Assembly (NCBI GenBank): GCA_002476605.1 | Contig: DLLD01000001.1 | Coordinates: 17,449-81,448, forward strand | Reading direction: 5' to 3' | Length of the DNA: 64,000 nt | Origin: Christensenella sp. UBA7571 | GTDB taxonomy: Bacteria; Bacillota; Clostridia; Christensenellales; CAG-917 | In this document: in pieces, positions 1 through 8,595 of the stretch | Layout of the letters: each line of letters starts with the position of its first letter | Position numbering within the stretch: position 1 is the first letter of the stretch | Made by a program: the position numbers and the translations under genes | The notes under the pieces: model-generated | The model's database searches: none | What the model saw: only the letters and a program-made list of their open reading frames with translations | Told to the model about the DNA's origin: nothing

Positions 1-468
1 CTTATCACGCAAGTTGCGGGAAGAGCGGGAAGAGCGGAAAAGGAAGGGCGTGTCATTTTGCAGACTTACGCTCCCAAACATTACGTTTTCCGCTTCGGAA
101 AAAACTACGATTATATCGGTTTTTGGAAAAAGGAAATCAACACTCGTATGGTTACCAAGTTTCCGCCGTTTACGAAGGTTGTGCGCGTGCTTTGCACTGC
201 CGTAAACGAGCAAGACGTCGTGGACACTACGAGGAATATATACAAGGCAATTCAACAAGTCGAAAAAGACAACGGCAAATTCGTGTATCTGGGCGCAAGC
301 AAGTCTCCCGTGACCAAAATGAACGGGCTTTGCAGATACCAGATACTTATGCGTATCGTTCCCGACGAGTTTGAAAGAATAATTGAAAAAATCTATGCGA
401 TTACCGACGAAAATCGCTCAAAAAAATGCAACGTTTTCGTCGAGATAAATCCGCAAAGTATGATTTGA
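1..468 (+). CDS. priA: primosomal protein N' (PriA), C-terminal fragment; the 5' end lies outside the window
   Basis: Frame 1 is open from nt 1 (...GRVILQTYAPKHYVF...). The C-terminal ...CNVFVEINPQSMI tail and the position directly upstream of def-fmt fit PriA. Confidence 0.8.
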   Translation, partial: LITQVAGRAGRAEKEGRVILQTYAPKHYVFRFGKNYDYIGFWKKEINTRMVTKFPPFTKVVRVLCTAVNEQDVVDTTRNIYKAIQQVEKDNGKFVYLGASKSPVTKMNGLCRYQILMRIVPDEFERIIEKIYAITDENRSKKCNVFVEINPQSMI

Positions 469-478
469 CGGAGGATAT

Positions 479-937
479 ATGGCAACACGATTGATTGTGA
501 AAGTTCCCGATCCCATTTTGAACAAAAAATGCAGAGCGGTCGACACTTTTGACGAAAGACTTTGGACTCTTCTCGACGATATGAAAGAGACCGTAAAGGG
601 CGCAAACGGCGCGGGACTTGCCGCTCCGCAAGTGGCGGTTTTGAAGCGCGTATGCGTGGTTGATACCGACGAGGGATATTACGAGCTCGTCAACCCAAAA
701 ATCACTTCTTGCAGCGGTGAACAAACCGGGCTCGAAGGTTGCTTGTCCGTGCCAAAAAAGTACGGATACGTGTCTCGTCCTATGAAGGTGAACGTAACGG
801 CGCAAGATAGGTTCGGCAAAGAGCAAAAATACAAAGTTTCGGGATTTACCGCTCGCGCGTTTTGCCACGAAATCGACCACCTCGACGGCATAATTTATAC
901 GTCGAAGTGCAAGGAAATTCTTGACGAGGAAGAATGA
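479..937 (+). CDS. def: peptide deformylase
   Basis: Motifs GAGLAAPQV, EGCLSVP and HEIDHLDG. RBS ggagga lies 5 nt upstream. Confidence 0.95.
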   Translation: MATRLIVKVPDPILNKKCRAVDTFDERLWTLLDDMKETVKGANGAGLAAPQVAVLKRVCVVDTDEGYYELVNPKITSCSGEQTGLEGCLSVPKKYGYVSRPMKVNVTAQDRFGKEQKYKVSGFTARAFCHEIDHLDGIIYTSKCKEILDEEE

Positions 938-1863
938 TGAAAATAGTGTTTATGGGCACGCCCGATTTTTCGGCAATCGTGCTTGAAAAACTCAATTCCG
1001 TATATCCCGTAAGCGCGGTGGTTACCGGTCTCGACAAACCCGTGGGACGCGGATATCAGCTCAAACCGTCTCCGCTCAAAGTCAAGGCGCAGGAACTCGG
1101 CATACCCGTTTTGCAATACGAAAAAGTGTCGCGCGAAGGCATCGAGGATATTCAAAATCTCGCTCCCGACGTCGTGGTTACAGCGGCTTTCGGACAAATA
1201 TTGAGCGAGAAATTTTTGAGTATACCCAAATACGGCGTTCTCAACGTGCACGCTTCGCTTTTGCCGAAATACAGAGGTTCGTCACCAATTCAGTGGTCGA
1301 TAATCGACGGTGAGGAAGAGACGGGCATAACCATTATGCGCACCGTGAAGGCAGTTGACGCGGGTGACGTTTTGCTTGAAATTCCCACCAAAATCGGTGA
1401 AAAAGAGAACGCGGGCGAGCTGTTTGACAGACTTGCCGATATCGGCGGTGAGGCTATCGTCAAGGCTGTATCTATGCTTCAAGACGGCAGTGCAAAATTT
1501 ATTCCGCAAGAAGAAAGCAATGCAACGCATTGCTCGATGATAAAGAAAGAAGACGGTCTTATCGATTTTTCAAAGACCGCAAGACAAATAGATTGCTTCG
1601 TTAGAGGTATGACGCCGTGGCCGTCTGCTTTTACGCGTTACGACGGCAAAACGCTCAAAATTTTCGACGTTGAAAGAGTTGATTTTGACGGAGAAGCAAA
1701 ATGCGGTGAAGTGCTCAAAGCAAACGCAAAAGAGGGCTTGATAGTCAAGGTTCAAGACGGTGCAATCAGAATTTGTCAGTTGCAACTCGAAGGCGGAAAA
1801 CGTATGCGCGATACGGACTTTTTGCTCGGCAGACGAGTGGAAATCGGTTATATTTTTGAATAA
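934..1863 (+). CDS. fmt: methionyl-tRNA formyltransferase
   Basis: MKIVFMGTPDF start and HASLLPKYRGSSPIQW motif. ATGA overlap with def. Confidence 0.95.
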   Translation: MMKIVFMGTPDFSAIVLEKLNSVYPVSAVVTGLDKPVGRGYQLKPSPLKVKAQELGIPVLQYEKVSREGIEDIQNLAPDVVVTAAFGQILSEKFLSIPKYGVLNVHASLLPKYRGSSPIQWSIIDGEEETGITIMRTVKAVDAGDVLLEIPTKIGEKENAGELFDRLADIGGEAIVKAVSMLQDGSAKFIPQEESNATHCSMIKKEDGLIDFSKTARQIDCFVRGMTPWPSAFTRYDGKTLKIFDVERVDFDGEAKCGEVLKANAKEGLIVKVQDGAIRICQLQLEGGKRMRDTDFLLGRRVEIGYIFE

Positions 1864-3134
1864 TGAGAAAACATATCAATTCGGCACTCAAAATACTCAT
1901 CAAGGTCTTTTCCGAGGGGACGTATAGCAATATGGCGTTCTACGGTGAGGACGTGAGCGATATGACGACAAAACTCGTCTACGGAGTGCTGGAAAACAAT
2001 ATACAAATCGAATATATTCTCTCATCGCTCGTACCGAAAAAACCGCAAAACGTCGTTTACGTCTTGCTCAAAATCGGCACGTACGCGCTTATGAATTTGA
2101 CGGACGTTCCCAAGTTTGCTATCGTCAGCGAGTGCGTGGAAGTTGCCAAAATGAACGGCAAAGGCGGTGCAAGCGGTTTCGTAAATGCAGTGCTTAAAAA
2201 GGTTGCGGACGGCAAATACACGCTTCCGAGTGAAAACGACGAGAATTATCTTTCAATCAAATATTCCAAACCGCAATGGTTCATCGACAAGACGGTTGAA
2301 AGATACGGCAAGGAAAGCGTAATCGCAATGCTCGAAGAGCCGTACGACGCGCTGGAACATATCCGCGTCAATTCACGCCTTGCAACGTGCGTGGACGTTG
2401 AAAAATGCCTTGAAAAACACAAAGAAAAATACCAAAAAACTGACGTCGGCGGATATAAGGTGCGCGCAACGGAGTGCGTAAAGCGTATGTTTGACAAAGG
2501 TCTCGTGACCTATCAATCGCCGTCGAGTATGCTTGCAGTGCAAGCTCTCGGAGCAAAGGACGGAGCGCAAATTTTGGATATTTGCTCCGCACCGGGCGGT
2601 AAGGCAGTGTATTTGAGCGAACTTTGCCCGCACTCTACGATAACGGCGTGCGATTTGCACCCGCACAGAGTCGCGCTTATCCAAAAATATAAAAATCGTA
2701 TGCACGTGCCCAACGTCAAAGCAGTGCAAGCAGACGCAACCAAACTCAATAACGATTGGATAGGCAAATTCGATTTCGTACTTACGGACGCTCCGTGTTC
2801 TTGTCTGGGAACGTATAGAAAGCACCCCGACGTGTTTTTGACGAGAAAGGAGAGCGATATAGCGGAGCTTGCACGCACGCAAAACGCAATCGCGCAAAAC
2901 GCTTTGGCGTATTTGAAAACGGGCGGTATGATGATATATTCCACTTGCACGCTGTTTAAGGAAGAAAACGACGACGTCGTAGACGCGCTCGTAAAGAGCG
3001 GAAAAGCAGTGCTCGAACGCATAGATTGCGATAATATCGACGGCGGAAAATACGCGGGGAACGAGGGCAAAATTCAAATTTTACCGCACGCGGAATACGA
3101 CGGATTTTATATTGCGAAATTGAGGAAGATATGA
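1863..3134 (+). CDS. rsmB: 16S rRNA (cytosine967-C5)-methyltransferase RsmB/Sun family
   Basis: NusB-like N-terminus plus SAM-MTase motifs (DICSAPGGK, TDAPCSCLGT, YSTCT). Position after fmt. Confidence 0.85.
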   Translation: MRKHINSALKILIKVFSEGTYSNMAFYGEDVSDMTTKLVYGVLENNIQIEYILSSLVPKKPQNVVYVLLKIGTYALMNLTDVPKFAIVSECVEVAKMNGKGGASGFVNAVLKKVADGKYTLPSENDENYLSIKYSKPQWFIDKTVERYGKESVIAMLEEPYDALEHIRVNSRLATCVDVEKCLEKHKEKYQKTDVGGYKVRATECVKRMFDKGLVTYQSPSSMLAVQALGAKDGAQILDICSAPGGKAVYLSELCPHSTITACDLHPHRVALIQKYKNRMHVPNVKAVQADATKLNNDWIGKFDFVLTDAPCSCLGTYRKHPDVFLTRKESDIAELARTQNAIAQNALAYLKTGGMMIYSTCTLFKEENDDVVDALVKSGKAVLERIDCDNIDGGKYAGNEGKIQILPHAEYDGFYIAKLRKI

Positions 3135-4192
3135 CGACGCAAAACGAAGGGAAAATCGTACTTTTGGGACTTGACAAAGCTCGCATTGCCGAGCTATTGC
3201 CCGATTGTCCAAAATTTACCGCGTCGCAAATATACGGTTTTTTGATGGACGGCAAGGACTTTGACGAGATGACCTCTCTCAAAAAGGAATTGCGCGAGAG
3301 GCTTAAAGAGCAATTTATTGCAAATCCCGTGCGTATTTTGCACGTTTACAAGGGCAAATCGGGCACGCAAAAGTTTTTGTTTAGGCTTGAAGACGACAAC
3401 CTCATAGAGGGCGTGTATATGCCTCACGATTACGGTGACACGCTTTGCTTGTCGACGCAAGTCGGTTGCCGTATGGGATGCACGTTTTGCGCCTCGTCGC
3501 TTGACGGACTCGTGCGCAATCTCACCGATGCGGAAATGCTCGGACAAGTGATTGCGGTCAATCGCGAAGTCGGCGGAACGGCAAAGAACAGAAAAGTTAC
3601 CAATCTCGTGCTTATGGGAAGCGGAGAACCGTTTGACAATTACGACAACGTGCTTGCGTTTTTGGACGAAGTGAGCAAAGAGGGCGGTATCAATATAAGC
3701 GAGCGTAATATTTCGCTCTCAACGTCGGGACTTTGCGACAAACTCCGCAAGTTTGCCGATAGCGGTCACAAAGTCACGTTGTCGGTGAGTTTGCACGCTC
3801 CGTTTGATGAGTTGAGAAGCGCGCTTATGCCCGTAAACAAGGCGTTTCCGATTGCGGAACTCATATCGTCTGCAAAATACTATTTTGAAAAGACGGGAAG
3901 ACGCGTCATCTTCGAGTACACGCTCATAAAGAATGAAAACGACTCCGACGCTTGCGCAAAGGAACTTGCCCGGCTTACGAAAGGTTTTCCTTCGCACGTC
4001 AATCTTATCCGCTTGAACGAAGTCAAGGAGCGCAATCACACCGCGCCCGACGTGGACGCAACGGAAGCGTTTTTGCACAAGCTTGAAAAACTCGGCGTTT
4101 CCTCAACGATACGCAAGAGCCTCGGCAACGACATAGAAGGTGCGTGCGGACAACTCCGTAGAAGATATCTTCAAAACGAGCTTAAAGACTGA
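3131..4192 (+). CDS. rlmN: 23S rRNA/tRNA (adenine-C2)-methyltransferase RlmN (radical SAM)
   Basis: CRMGCTFCAS radical-SAM cluster motif and C-terminal GACGQL. Confidence 0.92.
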   Translation: MTTQNEGKIVLLGLDKARIAELLPDCPKFTASQIYGFLMDGKDFDEMTSLKKELRERLKEQFIANPVRILHVYKGKSGTQKFLFRLEDDNLIEGVYMPHDYGDTLCLSTQVGCRMGCTFCASSLDGLVRNLTDAEMLGQVIAVNREVGGTAKNRKVTNLVLMGSGEPFDNYDNVLAFLDEVSKEGGINISERNISLSTSGLCDKLRKFADSGHKVTLSVSLHAPFDELRSALMPVNKAFPIAELISSAKYYFEKTGRRVIFEYTLIKNENDSDACAKELARLTKGFPSHVNLIRLNEVKERNHTAPDVDATEAFLHKLEKLGVSSTIRKSLGNDIEGACGQLRRRYLQNELKD

Positions 4193-4323
4193 AAACGCGC
4201 GAACGCGATTGAAATATCATATAATATATACCTTATATAAGGTAATAGAACTTAGATTTAACGATATATAAAACGATATAAAATACAAAGAGATAATCTT
4301 ATAAACGAAAACGTAAACTCGAT

Positions 4324-5181
4324 ATGAAAACTTACGACGGTAGAGTGATAAAAGCGGTTGCATCAAAATTTTTCGTTGACACCAAAGACGGTGTCAAGGT
4401 TTGTTTTGCGCGCAAACGCCTCAAAAACGACGGAATAATATTCGTCGGTGATTACGTCACCATTGAAAAAGACCGCGACAGTTTCGTCATCGAGGACGTA
4501 AAACCGCGTAAAAACTGTCTTATCAGACCGTACGTGAGCAACATCGACGTGTGTTTTATCGTCATTGCGCCCGAGCCCGAACCTGATTTCGTGCTCGTTG
4601 ACAAGGTTATTGTCAATTGCCTTGCCGAGGGTATCGAACCCGTGCTAGTCAAGAACAAGTGCGATATAAATGATATCGATACGAGCGAATACGACGGCGT
4701 CGTAGAGCAAATCGAGTGCTCCGCTTCGACCAGTCAAAACGTTGCCAAACTCATCGAATACGCAAAAGGCAAGACGGCGTGTTTTGCGGGACAATCGGCG
4801 GTTGGAAAAAGCTCGCTTCTCAACGCAATTCTCGATAGCGACGAGTTGGAAGTTGGTGAACTTACTCGCAAGATAAAACGAGGCAAAAACACCACTCGCA
4901 AGACGGAAATTTTTGCGGTCGGCAAAGATACGTATTTCGTTGATACGTGCGGTTTTTCAATGCTCGAAGCGGCAAAAATCGAGCCCGAAGATTTGAGATT
5001 GTACTTTGACGACCTTGAAAAATATCGTCCCGAATGTCGCTTCAATATGTGCGTGCACATTGACGAACCCGATTGTGCCGTAAAAGAGCACGTCGGCAAA
5101 GGGATAGGCGTCGGAAGGTACGAAAGATATAAGACCATATATAACGAGCTCGTCCAAAGACGAGAAAACAAATACGATTGA
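4324..5181 (+). CDS. rsgA: ribosome small-subunit-dependent GTPase A
   Basis: Circularly permuted GTPase (NKCD ... GQSAVGKSSLLN) and C-terminal zinc motif CRFNMCVHIDEPDC. Confidence 0.9.
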   Translation: MKTYDGRVIKAVASKFFVDTKDGVKVCFARKRLKNDGIIFVGDYVTIEKDRDSFVIEDVKPRKNCLIRPYVSNIDVCFIVIAPEPEPDFVLVDKVIVNCLAEGIEPVLVKNKCDINDIDTSEYDGVVEQIECSASTSQNVAKLIEYAKGKTACFAGQSAVGKSSLLNAILDSDELEVGELTRKIKRGKNTTRKTEIFAVGKDTYFVDTCGFSMLEAAKIEPEDLRLYFDDLEKYRPECRFNMCVHIDEPDCAVKEHVGKGIGVGRYERYKTIYNELVQRRENKYD

Positions 5182-5192
5182 GAGGTAGAATT

Positions 5193-5837
5193 ATGTTGAT
5201 TGCACCGTCGGTTTTATCAGCGGATTTTGGCAATATGGCAGAGGCAGTGAGAGACGTCAAGGCGCTGGGCGGAGATATAATCCATTGCGACGTAATGGAC
5301 GGCGTTTACGTGCCAAATATAACTTTCGGTATGCCGATGATAAAGGCAATCAGAAAGAATACCGATTTGCCCGTTGACGTGCACCTAATGATAACCAAGC
5401 CCGAAAGATACGTAGGAGCGTTCTGCGACGCGGGCGCGGATATCGTAACATTTCACCCCGACGCGTCCGAGGACGTGCAAGGCGCGCTTGATATAATCAA
5501 ATCCAAAGGCAAAAAGTGCGGGCTCGTGGTCAACGCGGACGTTGATTTCGATATAGCAGTGCCGTATCTCGAACAAATCGATTTGCTCGTGATTATGACC
5601 GTCCAAGCGGGTTTCGGCGGACAAAGTTTCAAGCCCGAGTGCCTCGATAAGGTCAGAAAAGGTAATAAGCTCCGCAAAGAGAACGGATATAAATATCTCA
5701 TCGAAGCGGACGGCGGAGTGTTTGAAGACAATATCACAATTTGCAAAGAAGCGGGCGTAGATATCGCGGTTGCGGGAAGTGCGGTGTTCCACTCAAAAGA
5801 TCCGAGGAAGACTATCGAGACGATGCATAACTGCTAA
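5193..5837 (+). CDS. rpe: ribulose-phosphate 3-epimerase
   Basis: MLIAPSVLSADF..., HCDVMDG and VDVHLM motifs. ATG at 5193 with RBS gagagg is preferred over the TTG at 5178. Confidence 0.92.
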   Translation: MLIAPSVLSADFGNMAEAVRDVKALGGDIIHCDVMDGVYVPNITFGMPMIKAIRKNTDLPVDVHLMITKPERYVGAFCDAGADIVTFHPDASEDVQGALDIIKSKGKKCGLVVNADVDFDIAVPYLEQIDLLVIMTVQAGFGGQSFKPECLDKVRKGNKLRKENGYKYLIEADGGVFEDNITICKEAGVDIAVAGSAVFHSKDPRKTIETMHNC

Positions 5838-6044
5838 AATACATCGCGTTAGTATAATTACTAATATCAAATAATCGGTTTCAAATAATCGATGCGTTTG
5901 CGACGAGATGAAAATCGTTGCAAAAAAGCTAAAAAATCAAGCGTTTTTCGCAATAAATTATCGGCGTTTATCGTCGATTTTTTATTATCGTGTAACATAA
6001 ACGAGGTCGTTTTCATAACTTGTACAAAAACGAGGAGTGAAGAT

Positions 6045-6137
6045 ATGAACAAGATTATTTGCATCAATCCGCCCAAATTTATCAAAGCGATATTGCGACT
6101 TTTCTCAAAGAAAAAGAACTCGGACAAGAAAGAATAG
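6045..6137 (+). CDS. spoVM: small amphipathic sporulation protein, SpoVM-like (30 aa, MNKIICINPPKFIKAILRLFSKKKNSDKKE)
   Basis: RBS ggagtg lies 6 nt upstream of the ATG. The sequence pattern resembles B. subtilis SpoVM (MKFYTIKLPKFLGGIVRAMLGSFRKD). Same rpe / rpmB neighbourhood as in Bacillus. Confidence 0.6.
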   Translation: MNKIICINPPKFIKAILRLFSKKKNSDKKE

Positions 6138-6200
6138 AAGGGAATTCAGCGAAATAATCGGAGAAAATAAGCCGAAAAACGCCTAAAAATTACAACAAAA

Positions 6201-6226
6201 AAATGCCTTCCTTTCGGAAGGCTAAC
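6201..6226. terminator. bidirectional intrinsic terminator between spoVM and rpmB
   Basis: Stem gccttcc (6205-6211) / ggaaggc (6216-6222) with loop tttc. An A-run lies upstream and a T-run on the opposite strand. Confidence 0.7.
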
Positions 6227-6252
6227 TTTGATTGCTACGTATTTAGAGACAA

Positions 6253-6444
6253 TTACGCTCTGTCAACTTTGCCTGAACGAAGACAATGAGTGCAAACATA
6301 TACGTCTTCAACACCGCCGGTCGGAGTGTTGACTTTGACTTTTTGGACGTTGGGAGCCCAACTGCGTCTTGTCTTTCTGTTGCTGTGGCTGACTGCGTTT
6401 CCGCTCATTCTGCCTTTTCCGCATACACTACAAACTCTGGACAT
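6253..6444 (-). CDS. rpmB: 50S ribosomal protein L28 (zinc-ribbon form)
   Basis: [27 protein letters not shown]...CTHC. The start is taken at the MSRVC methionine, 63 aa. Confidence 0.93.
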   Translation of the reverse strand: MSRVCSVCGKGRMSGNAVSHSNRKTRRSWAPNVQKVKVNTPTGGVEDVYVCTHCLRSGKVDRA

Positions 6445-6576
6445 AACTGTACCTCCTAATTTGAACGATTGATATTGTATCAAATACGTTTGGATTTTGC
6501 AACCGATTTGCACAAAATTTACGTTTTAGTTGCAAAAAATATTTATTTATAGTAGTATTTATAAAAAGGTTAGGAT

Positions 6577-6927
6577 ATGTCACTTACAACTTCAAACAAA
6601 TTTGGCAAGATTTCCATCAGCGAAGAGGCTATGCAGACCGTTGCAAGCCATACCGCTCAGGACTGTTATGGCGTGGTAGATTTGGTATCACGTCGTTTCA
6701 GCGATAACATCAGCCAACTTTGGGGCAAATCGCAACTCGGCAAAGGTGCGGTGGTTCAAACCGTCGACAACCTTATTTACGTCGAGTTGTTCGTCGTTTT
6801 GAAGGTGGGAGTAAACATCGAAGCAGTAAAAAAGTCCCTTGCGGATGCAGTCAAGTTCTCGCTTGAAACGTTTACGGGTATGCGCGTCAAGCGCGTCCAC
6901 GTCAACGTCGTGGGTATCCGCGTGTAA
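6577..6927 (+). CDS. Asp23/Gls24 family envelope stress protein (YloU-like)
   Basis: 116 aa with a typical Asp23-family pattern (ISEEAMQTVASHTAQDCYGVV...). Conserved pairing with the downstream DAK2 protein. Confidence 0.85.
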   Translation: MSLTTSNKFGKISISEEAMQTVASHTAQDCYGVVDLVSRRFSDNISQLWGKSQLGKGAVVQTVDNLIYVELFVVLKVGVNIEAVKKSLADAVKFSLETFTGMRVKRVHVNVVGIRV

Positions 6928-6941
6928 GGTTATACGATAAA

Positions 6942-8594
6942 ATGAATAGAATTGACGGATTAAAATTCAAAGAGATGCTGGCGGGCGGTGTCAAAGCTCT
7001 GGAAATGAACAGAACTATCGTTGACGAACTCAACGTATTTCCCGTTCCCGACGGAGACACCGGCACGAATATGTCCTTGACGCTTGCATCGGCTATGCGT
7101 GAGGCAAACGCTTGCGGGTCTTTGCTCATCGACGAAATCGCAATGGCGTTTTCAAAAGGCGCGTTGAGAGGCGCAAGAGGCAACTCCGGCGTTATATCTT
7201 CGCAAATTTTCAGAGGTTTCGCAGTCGCGCTCGAAGGCAAGGCGGATTTGACGCCCAAGACTTTTGCCGAGTGTCTCAAAAAAGGTACGGAAATCGCGTA
7301 TAGCGCGGTCACCAAGCCCAAGGAAGGCACTATTCTCACCGTCGTGAGAGTTATGGCTGAAGAGGCGGTGTCTGCAAGCAGAGGCAAAAAGGTGGAATTT
7401 GACGCTTTCCTCAAACGCGTTATCGATGCGGGTGAAGATATCCTTCAAAAAACGCCTGATATGTTGCCCGTTCTCAAAAAAGCAGGCGTCGTAGACGCCG
7501 GCGGTAGAGGTCTCGTGACGGTGTTTGACGGTATGTATCGTACGCTCGTCGGAGAGGAACTCGTCCTCATAAGCGGTGGCAAGGTGCAAGACGCCGATTT
7601 TGCGGAGATCAAGAGCGTCGGAGAATTCGATCCTCTTGAAAACGACTACGAGCACATCACCTTCCAATATTGCACGGAATATTTCATTACGCACCTCAAA
7701 AACGAGGTTACGGACGCTGCAATCGACAAATATCGCGATTATCTCACCACGATAGGCGATTGCGTGCTCGTCATCGGTGACACCGATCTCGTAAAAACGC
7801 ACGTCCATACCAATCACCCCGACAGAGCGCTCAAAGCGGCTCTCAATCTGGGTGAACTCGATGGCGTGAAAATCGAGAATATGCTCGAACAAAACCGCAA
7901 AATCCACGCCAACGACAAGCCCGAAGAGGAAGTGGAACTCAAAGATTACGCAATGGTTTCAATATGCTCCGGCGACGGTATGGCAAACATATTCAAAGAC
8001 TTGATGGTGGATATCATCGTCGAGGGCGGACAAACGATGAACCCGAGCGTTGACGATATCCTCAAAGCGGTCAACGAGGCAAACGCCAAAAACGTGTTCA
8101 TTTTGCCAAACAACTCCAATATAATTCTTGCAGCAAACCAAGCAAAAGAGCTTGCAAAGGCGCAAGTTTTCGTCATTCCGACCACCAATATGCCACAAGG
8201 CATCTCCGCATCGTTGATGTTTGACGCGGATAGTACGCCGGAAGAGAACTACGAGAGTATGTGTGAGGCAATCAAGAGCGTTGAGTGCGCGGAAGTCACT
8301 CACGCGGTGCGTTCTACGAGAATGAACCGTTTCTCAGTCAAAGAAGGCGATATAATCGGCATTTGCGACAAGAAGTTGGTGGCAAAAGGCTCGGACGTTG
8401 AACAAACGACGCTCGACACCATCGAAAAACTTGCAAAAGGCAAAGATATGTTGTCCGTATACTTCGGTCAAGACGTAACGCAAGAAGAGGCGGACTCGCT
8501 TATGCAAAAAGTTGCCGATAAGTACGATTGGCTTGAAACCGCGTGTTATAGAGGCGGTCAACCGCATTATTATTACATACTTTCGGCTGAATGA
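6942..8594 (+). CDS. DAK2 domain-containing protein (YloV-like)
   Basis: N-terminal DhaL/DAK2 motifs (PDGDTGTNM, RGNSGVI) and a C-terminal DegV-like half. Position upstream of recG. Confidence 0.85.
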   Translation: MNRIDGLKFKEMLAGGVKALEMNRTIVDELNVFPVPDGDTGTNMSLTLASAMREANACGSLLIDEIAMAFSKGALRGARGNSGVISSQIFRGFAVALEGKADLTPKTFAECLKKGTEIAYSAVTKPKEGTILTVVRVMAEEAVSASRGKKVEFDAFLKRVIDAGEDILQKTPDMLPVLKKAGVVDAGGRGLVTVFDGMYRTLVGEELVLISGGKVQDADFAEIKSVGEFDPLENDYEHITFQYCTEYFITHLKNEVTDAAIDKYRDYLTTIGDCVLVIGDTDLVKTHVHTNHPDRALKAALNLGELDGVKIENMLEQNRKIHANDKPEEEVELKDYAMVSICSGDGMANIFKDLMVDIIVEGGQTMNPSVDDILKAVNEANAKNVFILPNNSNIILAANQAKELAKAQVFVIPTTNMPQGISASLMFDADSTPEENYESMCEAIKSVECAEVTHAVRSTRMNRFSVKEGDIIGICDKKLVAKGSDVEQTTLDTIEKLAKGKDMLSVYFGQDVTQEEADSLMQKVADKYDWLETACYRGGQPHYYYILSAE

Positions 8595-8595
8595 T

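Noticed and set aside
5867-6137. An 86-aa (-) and an 81-aa (+) ORF in the rpe-rpmB spacer.
   Set aside because: The region is AT-rich with no RBS at the long starts. Only the internal 30-aa SpoVM-like frame (6045-6137) has an RBS and a plausible product.
8512-8595. An upstream start for recG (703-aa version).
   Set aside because: It would overlap yloV by 83 nt and adds a non-conserved N-terminus. The ATG at 8596 starts the typical RecG N-terminus.
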